Source: an uncultured delta proteobacterium (GTDB lineage Bacteria > Desulfobacterota > Desulfobacteria > Desulfobacterales > SG8-13). Taken from it: a stretch of DNA of 64,000 nucleotides. Shown here in pieces: positions 40,401 through 49,499 of this stretch (within the stretch, counting starts at the first letter, position 1; each line of letters opens with the position of its first letter). A program made the translations under genes and the position numbers. A model generated the notes under the pieces. The model saw only the letters and a list, made by a program, of their open reading frames with translations, did not search any database and was not told the origin of the DNA. The DNA lies in NCBI GenBank assembly GCA_963848135.1, contig CAWKCK010000003.1, positions 310,001 to 374,000 of the forward strand, read 5' to 3'.

Positions 40401-42813
40401 TGTGTCCGGTTCAGGCAAGTCAACTCTGGCATTTGATATCCTGTTTGCCGAGGGTCAGCGCCGCTACCTTGAGAGCCTTGCACCCTATGTTCGTCAGTAT
40501 GTGAGGGTGATGGAACGCCCCGATGTCGACCTGGTCTCAGGGCTTTCGCCCACGGTGGCGGTCGAACAACGGGTCAGCTATTCAAGCCGCCGGTCCACGG
40601 TTGCCACGCTGACTGAGGTCTATCATTTTCTGCGTTTGCTGTTCAGCAAGCTGGGCACCCAACACTGCCCAAGCTGCGATCGACGCTTGACAGCCCAGAC
40701 GCCGGATAATATTGCCACAGATATCCGGCGGCGGTATGGTCAGAGGTCGGCCTTAGTCTTGATCTCGAAAATTTCCGGTCGCAAAGGATTTCACAAGGAG
40801 GTCTTGGGTCAGGCTTTGAAGCGTGGCATCACCCGTGCCCGCATCGATGGTAAGTTGACCGAACTGCAACCCGGCATGGCTCTGAGCCGTTACCACGAGC
40901 ACACCATTGAGTTGGTGACCGGGGTCATCGGGCAGAGTCGCAGCGAGAGCATCGACCTGGTTGACCGGTCCCTGAAGGCGGGCGATGGCAGCCTTATTAT
41001 ACTCGACCCGGATGGGAATGAAGAAGTTTTCAGTATTCTCGGCACCTGCCCCGCATGCGGCCTCGGTGTCGCCAAACTGGATCCGCGGCTTTTTTCATTC
41101 AACAGCCGGCAAGGCGCCTGCCCCGCATGCAGCGGTCTGGGCGTGGTTGAAGGTGCTGAGGGCAACTCTGCAGCGGCGAATCTGCATGTCTGCCACGCCT
41201 GCGCCGGTAGCCGCCTGAATCCTGCGGCACTGGCCGTAAGGGTTTCAGGCCGGACCATTTGGGATCTCATGCAGCAGCCGGCGGGCAGGCTTGCCACGAG
41301 CTTACGAGAACTGGCTTTCCCCCCCCCGCAAAAGTCGATTGTAGCGCCGATCATCCAGGAATCGCTGGGTCGGCTCGATCTGCTCAACCAGCTGGGTCTC
41401 TCCTATCTTTCCCTGGGTCGCAGCGGCGACACGCTGTCAGGCGGCGAAGCCCAACGGGTGCGCCTTGCAGCCCTTCTGGGTTCGAATCTTACCGGCGTTA
41501 GTTATATTCTTGATGAACCAACGATTGGCCTTCACCCGCGGGATAACGGCGTTCTGCTCGATGCGCTGCTGACGCTGAGAAATCGCGGTAACACCGTGAT
41601 AGTGGTCGAGCACGATATCGATACCATTCAGGCCGCTGACACCATCATCGACCTCGGTCCGGGTGCCGGACAGGAGGGCGGCAACCTGGTTGTGGCCGGT
41701 AGCCTGGATGATCTGAAAAATGCACCGGCATCTGTCACCGGTGCCTACCTCGGAAAACATTCCCGAAAGATTTCCTCACGCCGGCGGCCATACAAAAAGT
41801 CGCCGAAAGTGACCGTGCATTCAGCCTGCGCCCATAACCTGAAAAACATTAAAGTGCAATTCCCCCTTAATACGTTAATTTGCGTGACCGGTGTCTCGGG
41901 TTCAGGGAAATCCTCGCTGGTAAAAGAGACGCTGTTCAAGGAATTGAAAAATAAACTGGGCAAACTGAATCAAGCGACCACAAACTGTCGCAGCGTTACC
42001 GGCTGGAAAAAACTGAACCAGGTTCTCGAGGTTGATCACAGCCCCATCGGGCGCACACCGCGTTCGGTTCCCGCGTCTTATATCGGGTTTTTGGCCGACA
42101 TCCGTAAACTGTTTGCCATGACACCGGAAGCGCGCTCACGCGGTTATAAAGCCGCCCGGTTTTCTTTCAATCTGGACGGCGGACGTTGCGAGGCCTGCAA
42201 AGGCCAGGGACAGCCCAAAGTTGCCATGAGCTTTTTGCCCGATGTATACGTCCCATGTGATCGTTGTGGCGCGAAGCGATTCAATCGGGAAACCCTCGAC
42301 ATCCGATATAAAGCGAAAACGATCGCGGAAGTGCTCGATCTGACGTTTGCAGAGGCCCTGCAATTCTTTTCAGCCGTACCGGGGATCCGTCGGGCACTCC
42401 AGTTTGTTTGTGACATCGGCATCGAATACCTTCGTCTGGGCCAGCCCAGCCCATCTCTTTCCGGTGGTGAAGCCCAGCGTATGAAACTGGCCCGCCAATT
42501 GGCCAGACCCTCCCGCGGGCATACCTTGTACATCCTTGATGAACCGACAACCGGCCTTCACTTGGCAGACATCCAAAGACTGATAGATGTTTTACAATCC
42601 CTGGTGGATAGCGGCAATACGGTAGCCATCATCGAGCACAACCTGGAAGTGATCAAATCGGCTGATTATATCATCGATTTGGGTCCGGAAGGCGGTGATG
42701 AAGGGGGTCAGGTGGTGGCGAGCGGCGACCCAGACGAACTCCTGCGCCACTCCGGAATTTCCCACACGGCTTTGTACTTGAAGAAATATCTGTCAGGCCA
42801 ACGAGGGCGTTAG
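37474..42813 (+). CDS. uvrA: Double-length (tandem) excinuclease ABC subunit A
   Basis: Four GVSGSGKS Walker A motifs, four (L/F)SGGE signatures, two EGQRRY motifs, repeated CxxC zinc modules; 1779 aa. Confidence 0.95.
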   Translation: MIETDFIHIYGARQNNLKNLDLKIPLNRITIVTGVSGSGKSSLALDTLYAEGQRRYVETFSPYARQFMDRMDRPQVDRIEGIPPAIAIDRKDPVRTSRSTVGTMTEITDYVKLLFARLGQLHCKACNRPVLIETPQHLWQMLREQEAGTEVIITYPYPLQNTPVKDIRNELFRTGYDRWFDGRQIHPLAEWHAQAGKETLHVLADRIALKPSDRKRIIDSAELAFRFGKGRLDVWLNRERHLALSCKLECAHCGQHYGPPMPNLFSFNSPLGACNTCRGFGRTIDIDLDLVIPDKKLSISAGAVKPWGGPSNHRSEYDDLIEFCRTQAISTEVPFQKLKKSQQHAIVEGTSSYYGIRGFFKWLETRTYKMPVRVFLSRYRSYDICQDCNGTRFKEESLLYRLADKTVAQVYEMDVASATHFFSEFQLPEGDEASRLILSAVSKRLNYLQSVGLAYLTLDRQSRTLSGGEVQRVALASALGADLVNTLYILDEPSIGLHPRDSHRLIGILKNLRDQGNTVVVVEHDPEIIRESDFLIDLGPRAGEQGGQIMYFGPTASINGSLTGQYLKGVRQIPLPEFRREPQNKRWITIKGAAAHNLKNIVVRIPLNLFVCLTGVSGSGKSTLAEKILYRAAQRFAGGAGSKPGKHHSISGLNTVTEAILVDQRPIGRTPRANVLTYTKALEPIRYLLADTAISKKKGWGPGHFSFNVDGGRCEACKGDGFEKIEMQFLSDVFVSCPQCNGKRFKPETLAVTYRRRSIADILDMTVTEALVFFQGSSKRHITIQNALHPLTEVGLGYIRLGQPINTFSGGEAQRLKLSRYLKRNAGTGRLFIFDEPTTGLHYDDIAILLLALQRLVDDGNTVLVIEHNMDVVKTADWIIDLGPEGGNDGGRLVASGTPETVSTHAASHTGRFLKAYLSGRGRFKSSRTPMLIGESPATYKNSGAGVVISVQGAREHNLKALSLHIPHNQLVVFSGVSGSGKSTLAFDILFAEGQRRYLESLAPYVRQYVRVMERPDVDLVSGLSPTVAVEQRVSYSSRRSTVATLTEVYHFLRLLFSKLGTQHCPSCDRRLTAQTPDNIATDIRRRYGQRSALVLISKISGRKGFHKEVLGQALKRGITRARIDGKLTELQPGMALSRYHEHTIELVTGVIGQSRSESIDLVDRSLKAGDGSLIILDPDGNEEVFSILGTCPACGLGVAKLDPRLFSFNSRQGACPACSGLGVVEGAEGNSAAANLHVCHACAGSRLNPAALAVRVSGRTIWDLMQQPAGRLATSLRELAFPPPQKSIVAPIIQESLGRLDLLNQLGLSYLSLGRSGDTLSGGEAQRVRLAALLGSNLTGVSYILDEPTIGLHPRDNGVLLDALLTLRNRGNTVIVVEHDIDTIQAADTIIDLGPGAGQEGGNLVVAGSLDDLKNAPASVTGAYLGKHSRKISSRRRPYKKSPKVTVHSACAHNLKNIKVQFPLNTLICVTGVSGSGKSSLVKETLFKELKNKLGKLNQATTNCRSVTGWKKLNQVLEVDHSPIGRTPRSVPASYIGFLADIRKLFAMTPEARSRGYKAARFSFNLDGGRCEACKGQGQPKVAMSFLPDVYVPCDRCGAKRFNRETLDIRYKAKTIAEVLDLTFAEALQFFSAVPGIRRALQFVCDIGIEYLRLGQPSPSLSGGEAQRMKLARQLARPSRGHTLYILDEPTTGLHLADIQRLIDVLQSLVDSGNTVAIIEHNLEVIKSADYIIDLGPEGGDEGGQVVASGDPDELLRHSGISHTALYLKKYLSGQRGR

Positions 42814-42900
42814 ATGTCGACCCGAAGGGCAAACGCAAAAGGAAAGCACCTTTCCCGTATCTATGGCAAGCTCAACATCCACTCTCAGGCAAAAATAACG

Positions 42901-42929
42901 TTGACATCCCTGCTGGAGGTTTCTATAAA
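42901..42929 (+). promoter_or_regulatory. Sigma70 promoter for HD-GYP gene
   Basis: TTGACA, 17 bp, TATAAA. Confidence 0.6.
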
Positions 42930-43066
42930 GCGGAACTTCGCGCGTCCGATTTTTGGATGTATTCCGCACGGTAATTCGGATTGAGTTCAAGTATACGCTG
43001 GAACGGACCTGGACGAGTTACTCTTCTGATGCATACGTCAAGCCACACGGGGAATCGATTAGGTTG

Positions 43067-43669
43067 ATGGAATACGGGTATTCGGAATCTTTTGATTCAG
43101 ATTTTCAAAAATTACGTGACATCAACGCAGCGCTTGGGACAAAAGACAGCTATACCCAGGGACATGCCAAACGGGTTGCGCTTTATTCCAGCAGGCTAGC
43201 CTGCCGGTTGGGTCTTTCCGCCGAAGATGCCGGAAACATCGGTATTGGTGGTTTGCTGCATGATGTCGGCAAACTCGGCCTGAGTGACCGTATCTTCAGC
43301 AATAGAACCACCCGGTTGTATGGAGACATGCTGGATGAAGTCCGCCGCCATCCGGATATGGGTGTGGCGCTTCTCAAGGGGATCGACTGCCTCGAACCGG
43401 TGCTCGATTTTGTGCACTTACACCATGAACGCCTGGACGGATCGGGTTATCCCTATGGTCTAACGGCCGATGACATCCCTCTGGGTGCCAGAATCATAGC
43501 AGTCGCTGATTGTTTCGATGCCATGACAACCGATCGACCCTACCAACAGGGCAAAAGCCGGGCGGAGGCGTTTGCCATTCTGCGCCGGATGGGTCATCAG
43601 GAGTTGTGCCAGGAATTGGTAGAAGAGTTTATTGCCGACGTCGAGGAAAACGGCATGATCGATGTGTAA
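43067..43669 (+). CDS. Stand-alone HD-GYP domain c-di-GMP phosphodiesterase
   Basis: KDSYTQGH, LLHDVGK, HHERLDGSGYP, ARIIAVADCFDAMTTDRPY; start uncertain. Confidence 0.9.
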   Translation: MEYGYSESFDSDFQKLRDINAALGTKDSYTQGHAKRVALYSSRLACRLGLSAEDAGNIGIGGLLHDVGKLGLSDRIFSNRTTRLYGDMLDEVRRHPDMGVALLKGIDCLEPVLDFVHLHHERLDGSGYPYGLTADDIPLGARIIAVADCFDAMTTDRPYQQGKSRAEAFAILRRMGHQELCQELVEEFIADVEENGMIDV

Positions 43670-43678
43670 CGATCGGTT

Positions 43679-45217
43679 TTACCCTCGCACCGGCACCAAT
43701 TCCGAATCCGCGTGATAAACACCCGAAGGCATCTTCTTGAATCGCAATATATGGGTCGTGCAGGCCAGCCATTCCCCTGGCTGATGCGTCACATATAGCA
43801 GTTTCACCCCCGAGTCAGCCCCCAACTGATCGAACAAATGCAAAAGCCGATGTCTCGCCGCTCTATCGAGTCCCTGGCAGGGTTCATCCAGAATCAACAG
43901 CTGGGGTGACTTGACCATAGCGCGTGCCAGCAGAATGAGGCGTTGTTCGCCCTGGGATAATAAATGATACCAACGCTCAGCGAGGTCGGCGCAACCCAAT
44001 TTTATCATCCAAGCAGCGGCGATGTGGCGCTGCTTGGGGGAGGCCTTTCGATACAGTCCAACAGAATCAAAAAACCCCGACAGCACGACATCAGCCCCAA
44101 GGAGCGGTTTGCGGTAGCGTATCTGGAATTCGGAGGATACCAGACCGATGGGTTCCTTGATGTCCCAGATCGTTTCACCGGAGCCCCGCTGCCGCCCGAA
44201 TAGCCTGACGGTATTGGCGTACGCCTGGGGGTTGTCGCCGGTAAGCAAGCTCAACAGGGTGGTCTTGCCTGAGCCATTAGGGCCCAATATGGCCCAGTTT
44301 TCACCCGCTCGAACGGTCCAATTCAGTTTGCTGATGACCGCCTGACCATCATAACTTACCGTCACATCCTGCATTTCGATAATCACTTGCCCGGGTATCG
44401 CCCATTCGCGTCGTTTGATCTGAGTCCGATCCGACCGCAATATCTGTGGATGTTTTCCAGGATCGTAAAGCCGAAAAAGACGATCACTGTCAAGCATTCT
44501 ACGTCCACCCTGAAATTTTATCCGGCCATCTTTGACACCCAGAATGTGGGTTATGCGGGGTGGAATCTCCGCCAGACGATGCGTCACCAGTATGATCTGT
44601 GTCGCTCCATCCATCAACCGGTTTAAGATAGCGGTCAGTTGGTCTTGCCTGCTGGCATCAAGCCCGTCGAAGGGCTCGTCCAAAATGAGCAAACGGGGCG
44701 CCTTAAGAATTTCTCTACCGATCAAAACCCGGCGAACTTCACCCGTTGAAAGCCCGCGGACAGGCCGTCCAAGCAATTCGGTAAGATCCAATTTGTCGAT
44801 CAACGCCTGCATATCTGTTGATAGTGATGGTTTTCCTTGCCTCGGAGGCCCCAAGAGTTCGCGCACGGAAAATTGATTCCTGAAATCTCCGCTGAAGCTG
44901 CGGGTTTCGTCCCGGCCTTCCTCTCTTGAAATAAGGTTGCGGTGGGTTTCGAACGACAAATAACCGATATCTTGGGGCATCACCGTGGGTTTATGATAAT
45001 AAATATTTCCAGCAATCACCGGTACGATACCGGCAATGGCACGAACCAGGGAGGTCTTGCCGGCACCGTTAGGTCCGATAACCGCCCAATGCTGGCCGGT
45101 GCCGATTGTCCAGCAGCTGCCGGCGAACAAATGCTGATCCCTGACCCGGATAGTCACCCTGTCCAGGGTGATGAAAGGTTGATCCAAGCGGTTGTTTCTC
45201 CTCTGAGATTTTCCCAT
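43679..45217 (-). CDS. ModF-like ABC ATPase with two nucleotide-binding domains
   Basis: GPNGAGKT / LSTGE / LDEPFDGLD and GPNGSGKT / GDNPQAYAN / GSGETIWDIK / LSQGE / LDEPCQGLD; no permease adjacent. Confidence 0.88.
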   Translation of the reverse strand: MGKSQRRNNRLDQPFITLDRVTIRVRDQHLFAGSCWTIGTGQHWAVIGPNGAGKTSLVRAIAGIVPVIAGNIYYHKPTVMPQDIGYLSFETHRNLISREEGRDETRSFSGDFRNQFSVRELLGPPRQGKPSLSTDMQALIDKLDLTELLGRPVRGLSTGEVRRVLIGREILKAPRLLILDEPFDGLDASRQDQLTAILNRLMDGATQIILVTHRLAEIPPRITHILGVKDGRIKFQGGRRMLDSDRLFRLYDPGKHPQILRSDRTQIKRREWAIPGQVIIEMQDVTVSYDGQAVISKLNWTVRAGENWAILGPNGSGKTTLLSLLTGDNPQAYANTVRLFGRQRGSGETIWDIKEPIGLVSSEFQIRYRKPLLGADVVLSGFFDSVGLYRKASPKQRHIAAAWMIKLGCADLAERWYHLLSQGEQRLILLARAMVKSPQLLILDEPCQGLDRAARHRLLHLFDQLGADSGVKLLYVTHQPGEWLACTTHILRFKKMPSGVYHADSELVPVRG

Positions 45218-45381
45218 GCTGACGATGACCTGCAAGTTTGCTGCCGACCTTTCCAGCTCCAAAGTTAGCCGGAAAGCCGGACCAAATGTATTGAATTTAC
45301 TACATTATCAGTATATTGGATTGAAAAAGTCACGGGAAATCCCTGTTGCATTATTGGCATATAGCCGGTACAATTATAAAC

Positions 45382-47028
45382 ATGGAAAATCAGAAACCCT
45401 CGGACGTATTTCACGGTCCCCCCAACCTGGATATCCAGGCGCTTGAACGCCGGGTAACCGAACTCGACGAGTTGCTCAATGTGAGCCGTAAACTGAGCAA
45501 CATCCTTGACCTGAACGAACTCTACGCGATGTTGTCAGAAATCGTTCGCCGAAAAATCGGTGCCGATACATTTTCGATATTCATTTACCTCCAAGAAACC
45601 AAAACGTTTCGATTGGTTTACACATATGGTGTTGGCGAAATCAATCGGGAATTTATGTTCGAAAACATCAGTGCCCTCTGGAAGCGTCTGATGACAAACA
45701 ATCCCTCATCGCTGCGTGATGATTCCGGGCACCCCCTCTATCCTGACCTTCATCAACGGTTTCATTTTGACTTGTTGCATGCCGACTGGCTGGTTCCGTT
45801 GATGATGCAAAACAAGGTCATCGGTTTTCTGACCCTCGGCGGAAGAGACCCAGATCGACCTTACAACGAAAACGAATTATATTTCCTCCGGCAGATAGCT
45901 GCCCACGTCGCTGTTTGTATCAATACCAGTCACCTGTATCTGCATCGTAACAAAGAAAAAGAAGAACTGAACCGCACATTATACAATCTTTCGCTTCTGT
46001 ACAACATTGGACGGGCGATGACCTATATCAGTGATCTAAAGAGTCTCCTACAATATATCCTGAACCAAGCGATCGAAATCACCGGGGCCGAAAAAGGTTC
46101 GATCATGCTCTACGACATCGAAAACAACCGGCTCAGTGTCCGTGTTCTGGCCGGCCTCGAGGACACCGCTTACCAGAAAAAAGTCAATAACAACGAGATT
46201 GACTGCCGGAGTTTTAAATCCGGTGAAGGTATTGCCGGCCGGGTATTTCAGACCGGCAGACCGATGGTGGTAGACAAGGCCAGTGAAGAGGAACTTTTTG
46301 TCGAACCGGCCACATCATTTGTACGCTCCATCGCCTGCATTCCCATGAAAGTTTATAGTGATCCCATTGGCGTGATAAACGTCACCAACAAAATGGACGA
46401 TACGGGATTCAGTGACGAGGAAGTAGAATTGCTCAAGGCGGTTGCCGACCAGGCTGCCGTTGCCATCAACAAGGCGCAGCTATGGGAAATGGCAGTAACA
46501 GATTCGTTGACGGGCCTCTTCGTTCGACGCTACTTCATGGTTAAATTCCAGGAAGAGCTTCATCGGGCTGAACGGTACAAGAAGAACCTCGCGGTGGTAA
46601 TGGCCGACATGGATAGCTTTAAAGACATCAACGACACATATGGTCATGCCTCCGGTGACAGGGTCCTAAAAATCGTCAGCAGATTTCTTCAACGAAATAT
46701 TCGAGATATCGATATCGTTGCCCGTTTTGGTGGCGAGGAGTTTGTCATCCTGCTTCCGGAAGCCGACAAAGCGGAAGCCCGCATCGTTTCCGAACGATTA
46801 CGCCGCAAACTGGCGAAATTGCAACTGGATGATATTCCACCATTGTCCATCAGCCTCGGCATTGCCGCCTACCCGGAGGATGGAAAAGACATCGAGGAAC
46901 TGGTTAAAAAAGCCGATGCGGCCATGTATATGGCCAAACAATACGGAAAAAACCGGGTAGAATCCTATGCGTCCGGCATGGATTTGATCCTCTCCGAGAA
47001 CAAATCTGCTTTGGCCGCTGGCGCTTAA
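45382..47028 (+). CDS. GAF-GAF-GGDEF diguanylate cyclase
   Basis: Two GAF-like segments, DSLTGL, INDTYGH, RDID I-site, RFGGEEF active site. Confidence 0.93.
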   Translation: MENQKPSDVFHGPPNLDIQALERRVTELDELLNVSRKLSNILDLNELYAMLSEIVRRKIGADTFSIFIYLQETKTFRLVYTYGVGEINREFMFENISALWKRLMTNNPSSLRDDSGHPLYPDLHQRFHFDLLHADWLVPLMMQNKVIGFLTLGGRDPDRPYNENELYFLRQIAAHVAVCINTSHLYLHRNKEKEELNRTLYNLSLLYNIGRAMTYISDLKSLLQYILNQAIEITGAEKGSIMLYDIENNRLSVRVLAGLEDTAYQKKVNNNEIDCRSFKSGEGIAGRVFQTGRPMVVDKASEEELFVEPATSFVRSIACIPMKVYSDPIGVINVTNKMDDTGFSDEEVELLKAVADQAAVAINKAQLWEMAVTDSLTGLFVRRYFMVKFQEELHRAERYKKNLAVVMADMDSFKDINDTYGHASGDRVLKIVSRFLQRNIRDIDIVARFGGEEFVILLPEADKAEARIVSERLRRKLAKLQLDDIPPLSISLGIAAYPEDGKDIEELVKKADAAMYMAKQYGKNRVESYASGMDLILSENKSALAAGA

Positions 47029-47139
47029 TGACCGGTGCCTTCAAATTCATTTTTCCAGCCCTACAGGACTGTTTCATATTCATATGAATCCGTTATTAAA
47101 CGAGGTGCTCCCCAAAAAACCTGATGAAGAAAGTGCGTA

Positions 47140-48162
47140 GTGCTATCATCAAAGAAAAACCGAACGTCGACTGAAAGAAAGATCTTTGAAGCATCGGCGA
47201 AGGTGTTAATCGTTCTCATTGGCCTTCTCACGACAAATTCAAGCAGCTGGTCTGCGACATTGGCCGCAGCGTCGCACGAAACAACCTCTTCCCTATCCGG
47301 CATCCGGCTCACTCAACAATCGGTTACCGTGGGGGATATTACCATATTAGAAATCGACATCCTCAATCAGAAAATATTGGTTGAAGGCCTAAGCGCCCGT
47401 TTTCTCGACATCGTTATTCCTCTAGTCGATCACCCGACTATCGGACCCAACACCCTTATCGGCCTCATCCCTGTTCCTTACCAGACGACACCAGGCATCG
47501 CGAATATTTCTGTCGATTGGACAGATAGTACAGGGCATTACAATCAGCCCATTCCGGTGGAAATCCGTGACGGTGAATTCCAATCAGAGAATCTGAAAGT
47601 CACTGCCAGCCGGGTGACCCCCCCAAAGAAAGCGATGAAAAGGATTCAACGGGAACGGAAGGAAATCAAAGCCGCGTACTCTCATAGCCAACCGCTCCGA
47701 TACTGGGATGGTCCCTTTCAGCGTCCGACAATAGGGAAGGTGACAAGTCCTTATGGCGCCCAGCGTCTACTCAACGGCCAATTACAGCGTTTTCATAGTG
47801 GCGTCGATTTTCGCGCCGCGATTGGCACGCCCATATATGCCGCCAACCGCGGAGTGGTCCGATTAGCGAAAAATCTCTTTTATTCCGGAAACCACGTTAT
47901 TCTGGATCATGGCGAAGGACTATTTACCAGCTATTCGCATTTAAACCGTATTGACGTCCACACCGGCCAATCGGTAGACAAGGGGCAGGTGATTGGCAAA
48001 TCAGGGGCCACGGGACGGGTCAGTGGACCTCATCTTCACTGGAGCGTCAAAATTCATGGCGTCAATGTCGATCCACTCGGTTTTACTCGCACCCTCGACG
48101 CCTTATTCGCTGATCAAAATTCTTCAAATTTTGCTATACCCCAATCACCGAAAATTCGCTGA
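47140..48162 (+). CDS. M23 family metallopeptidase (intact LytM site)
   Basis: HSGVD, YSHL, TGRVSGPHLHW; N-terminal hydrophobic segment; start uncertain. Confidence 0.9.
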   Translation: MLSSKKNRTSTERKIFEASAKVLIVLIGLLTTNSSSWSATLAAASHETTSSLSGIRLTQQSVTVGDITILEIDILNQKILVEGLSARFLDIVIPLVDHPTIGPNTLIGLIPVPYQTTPGIANISVDWTDSTGHYNQPIPVEIRDGEFQSENLKVTASRVTPPKKAMKRIQRERKEIKAAYSHSQPLRYWDGPFQRPTIGKVTSPYGAQRLLNGQLQRFHSGVDFRAAIGTPIYAANRGVVRLAKNLFYSGNHVILDHGEGLFTSYSHLNRIDVHTGQSVDKGQVIGKSGATGRVSGPHLHWSVKIHGVNVDPLGFTRTLDALFADQNSSNFAIPQSPKIR

Positions 48163-48228
48163 ACCACCTTGATTCCCGGTAGTGTCCCAAAGTTTGGCAA
48201 ATAATCATTTAGAATATCCAGCTGGACC

Positions 48229-49209
48229 CTATTCGGGCAAGAGAAGACTCGATCCGGTTGTCTTGCGATCCTCCAGATCACGGTGCGCCCGTGCTGCATC
48301 CGACAGAGGATAGGTTTGCTGAATGTCTATTTTCACGGCGCCTTTTTCAACGACGTCAAACAGATCGTGTGCATGCACAAGCAGATCCTCCCTTTTGGCC
48401 GTATACGTCATCAATGATGGACGGGTTAGAAACAAGGAGCCTTTAGCGGCCAAAATGCCTAAGTCCACAGGTGCGATCTGACCTGAAGACTGACCGAAAG
48501 TCACCATCATCCCCATGGGTCGCAGACAATCCAATGATTTCATAAACGTCGCTTGCCCTACAGAATCGTAGACCACATCGACGCCTCTACCTTCGGTTAT
48601 CTCCTTTACACGAGCCACAAAGTCCTCAGAATTATACAGAATTGGATAATCGCAACCGTTTGACAAAGCGATTTCCGCCTTCCGCTCCGATCCGACAGTT
48701 CCGATGACCTTGGCGCCAAGATCTCTGGCCCACTGGCAGACAATCGACCCCACACCCCCCGCAGCCGCGTGAATCAAAATAGTGTCGCCGGTTTTGACGC
48801 TGTAACAGCCCCGCAGCAGGTAGCGCGCGGTCATGCCCTGCAGCATCATCGCTGCTGCCTGACGGCTGGAGATCGTTCCGGGGAGCTTGACCAGACGGTC
48901 GGCCGGAATGCGACGAATTTGAGAATAGGCCCCTGGCGGCAATCCAGCGTAGGCCACGCGGTCACCGATTGCCAGCTCGGTGACATCCGTACCGATCGCC
49001 TCAATCGTCCCGCTCCCTTCCATGCCCGGAATGGCCGGCAATCCTGGTAAAGGATATAAGCCGGTTCGATGGTAAACATCGATAAAATTCAACCCAACCG
49101 CTTCGTGCCGCAACAGAACTTCCCCCGGGCCTGGTTGTCCTGGGTCGTAATCCACCCATTGCAGAACATCAGGATCACCGGTTTCATTCATAACAATTGC
49201 TTTAGGCAT
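48229..49209 (-). CDS. qor: NADPH:quinone oxidoreductase (zeta-crystallin/MDR family)
   Basis: GLNFIDVYHRTGLYP, HAAAGGVG, VYDSVG, FGQSSG, KGSLFLTRPSL; AGGAGG RBS before 49209. Confidence 0.93.
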   Translation of the reverse strand: MPKAIVMNETGDPDVLQWVDYDPGQPGPGEVLLRHEAVGLNFIDVYHRTGLYPLPGLPAIPGMEGSGTIEAIGTDVTELAIGDRVAYAGLPPGAYSQIRRIPADRLVKLPGTISSRQAAAMMLQGMTARYLLRGCYSVKTGDTILIHAAAGGVGSIVCQWARDLGAKVIGTVGSERKAEIALSNGCDYPILYNSEDFVARVKEITEGRGVDVVYDSVGQATFMKSLDCLRPMGMMVTFGQSSGQIAPVDLGILAAKGSLFLTRPSLMTYTAKREDLLVHAHDLFDVVEKGAVKIDIQQTYPLSDAARAHRDLEDRKTTGSSLLLPE

Positions 49210-49433
49210 GTATGCCTCCTTTCGTGCAGGGGTCATAGAATTATTCAAGAGTCTGCTCTCTCTTTAGCGGCTCAGGAAAATTACCGGTTGAATATCTCTG
49301 AACAACCACCTGAGAGCTAAAACTACGAAAACGTTTAGTAGACTAACGTAATGCCAAATGAGAAAAAATCCACATCAGGCATCGGCGATTGGCCATGTGA
49401 TAAACAGGATAGCCGTACGAAATCCTTAAACTT

Positions 49434-49462
49434 TTGACAAACTATCAGCATTCGACTATGAT
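49434..49462 (+). promoter_or_regulatory. Sigma70 promoter for TrfA-like gene
   Basis: TTGACA (49434-49439), 17 bp, TATGAT (49457-49462). Confidence 0.7.
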
Positions 49463-49499
49463 AATCTCAATTTTTGAACCCGCAGCAGCAGGGATATTT

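Noticed and set aside
42820..42880. c-di-GMP-I riboswitch-like start (GGGCAAAC...GCAAA) before the HD-GYP gene
   Set aside because: No P2 stem with GNRA loop or P3 receptor stem, and it lies upstream of the predicted promoter.
49240..49325. Glycine riboswitch-like CTCTCAGG on the minus strand
   Set aside because: The GGAGA and CCGAAG core elements are absent.
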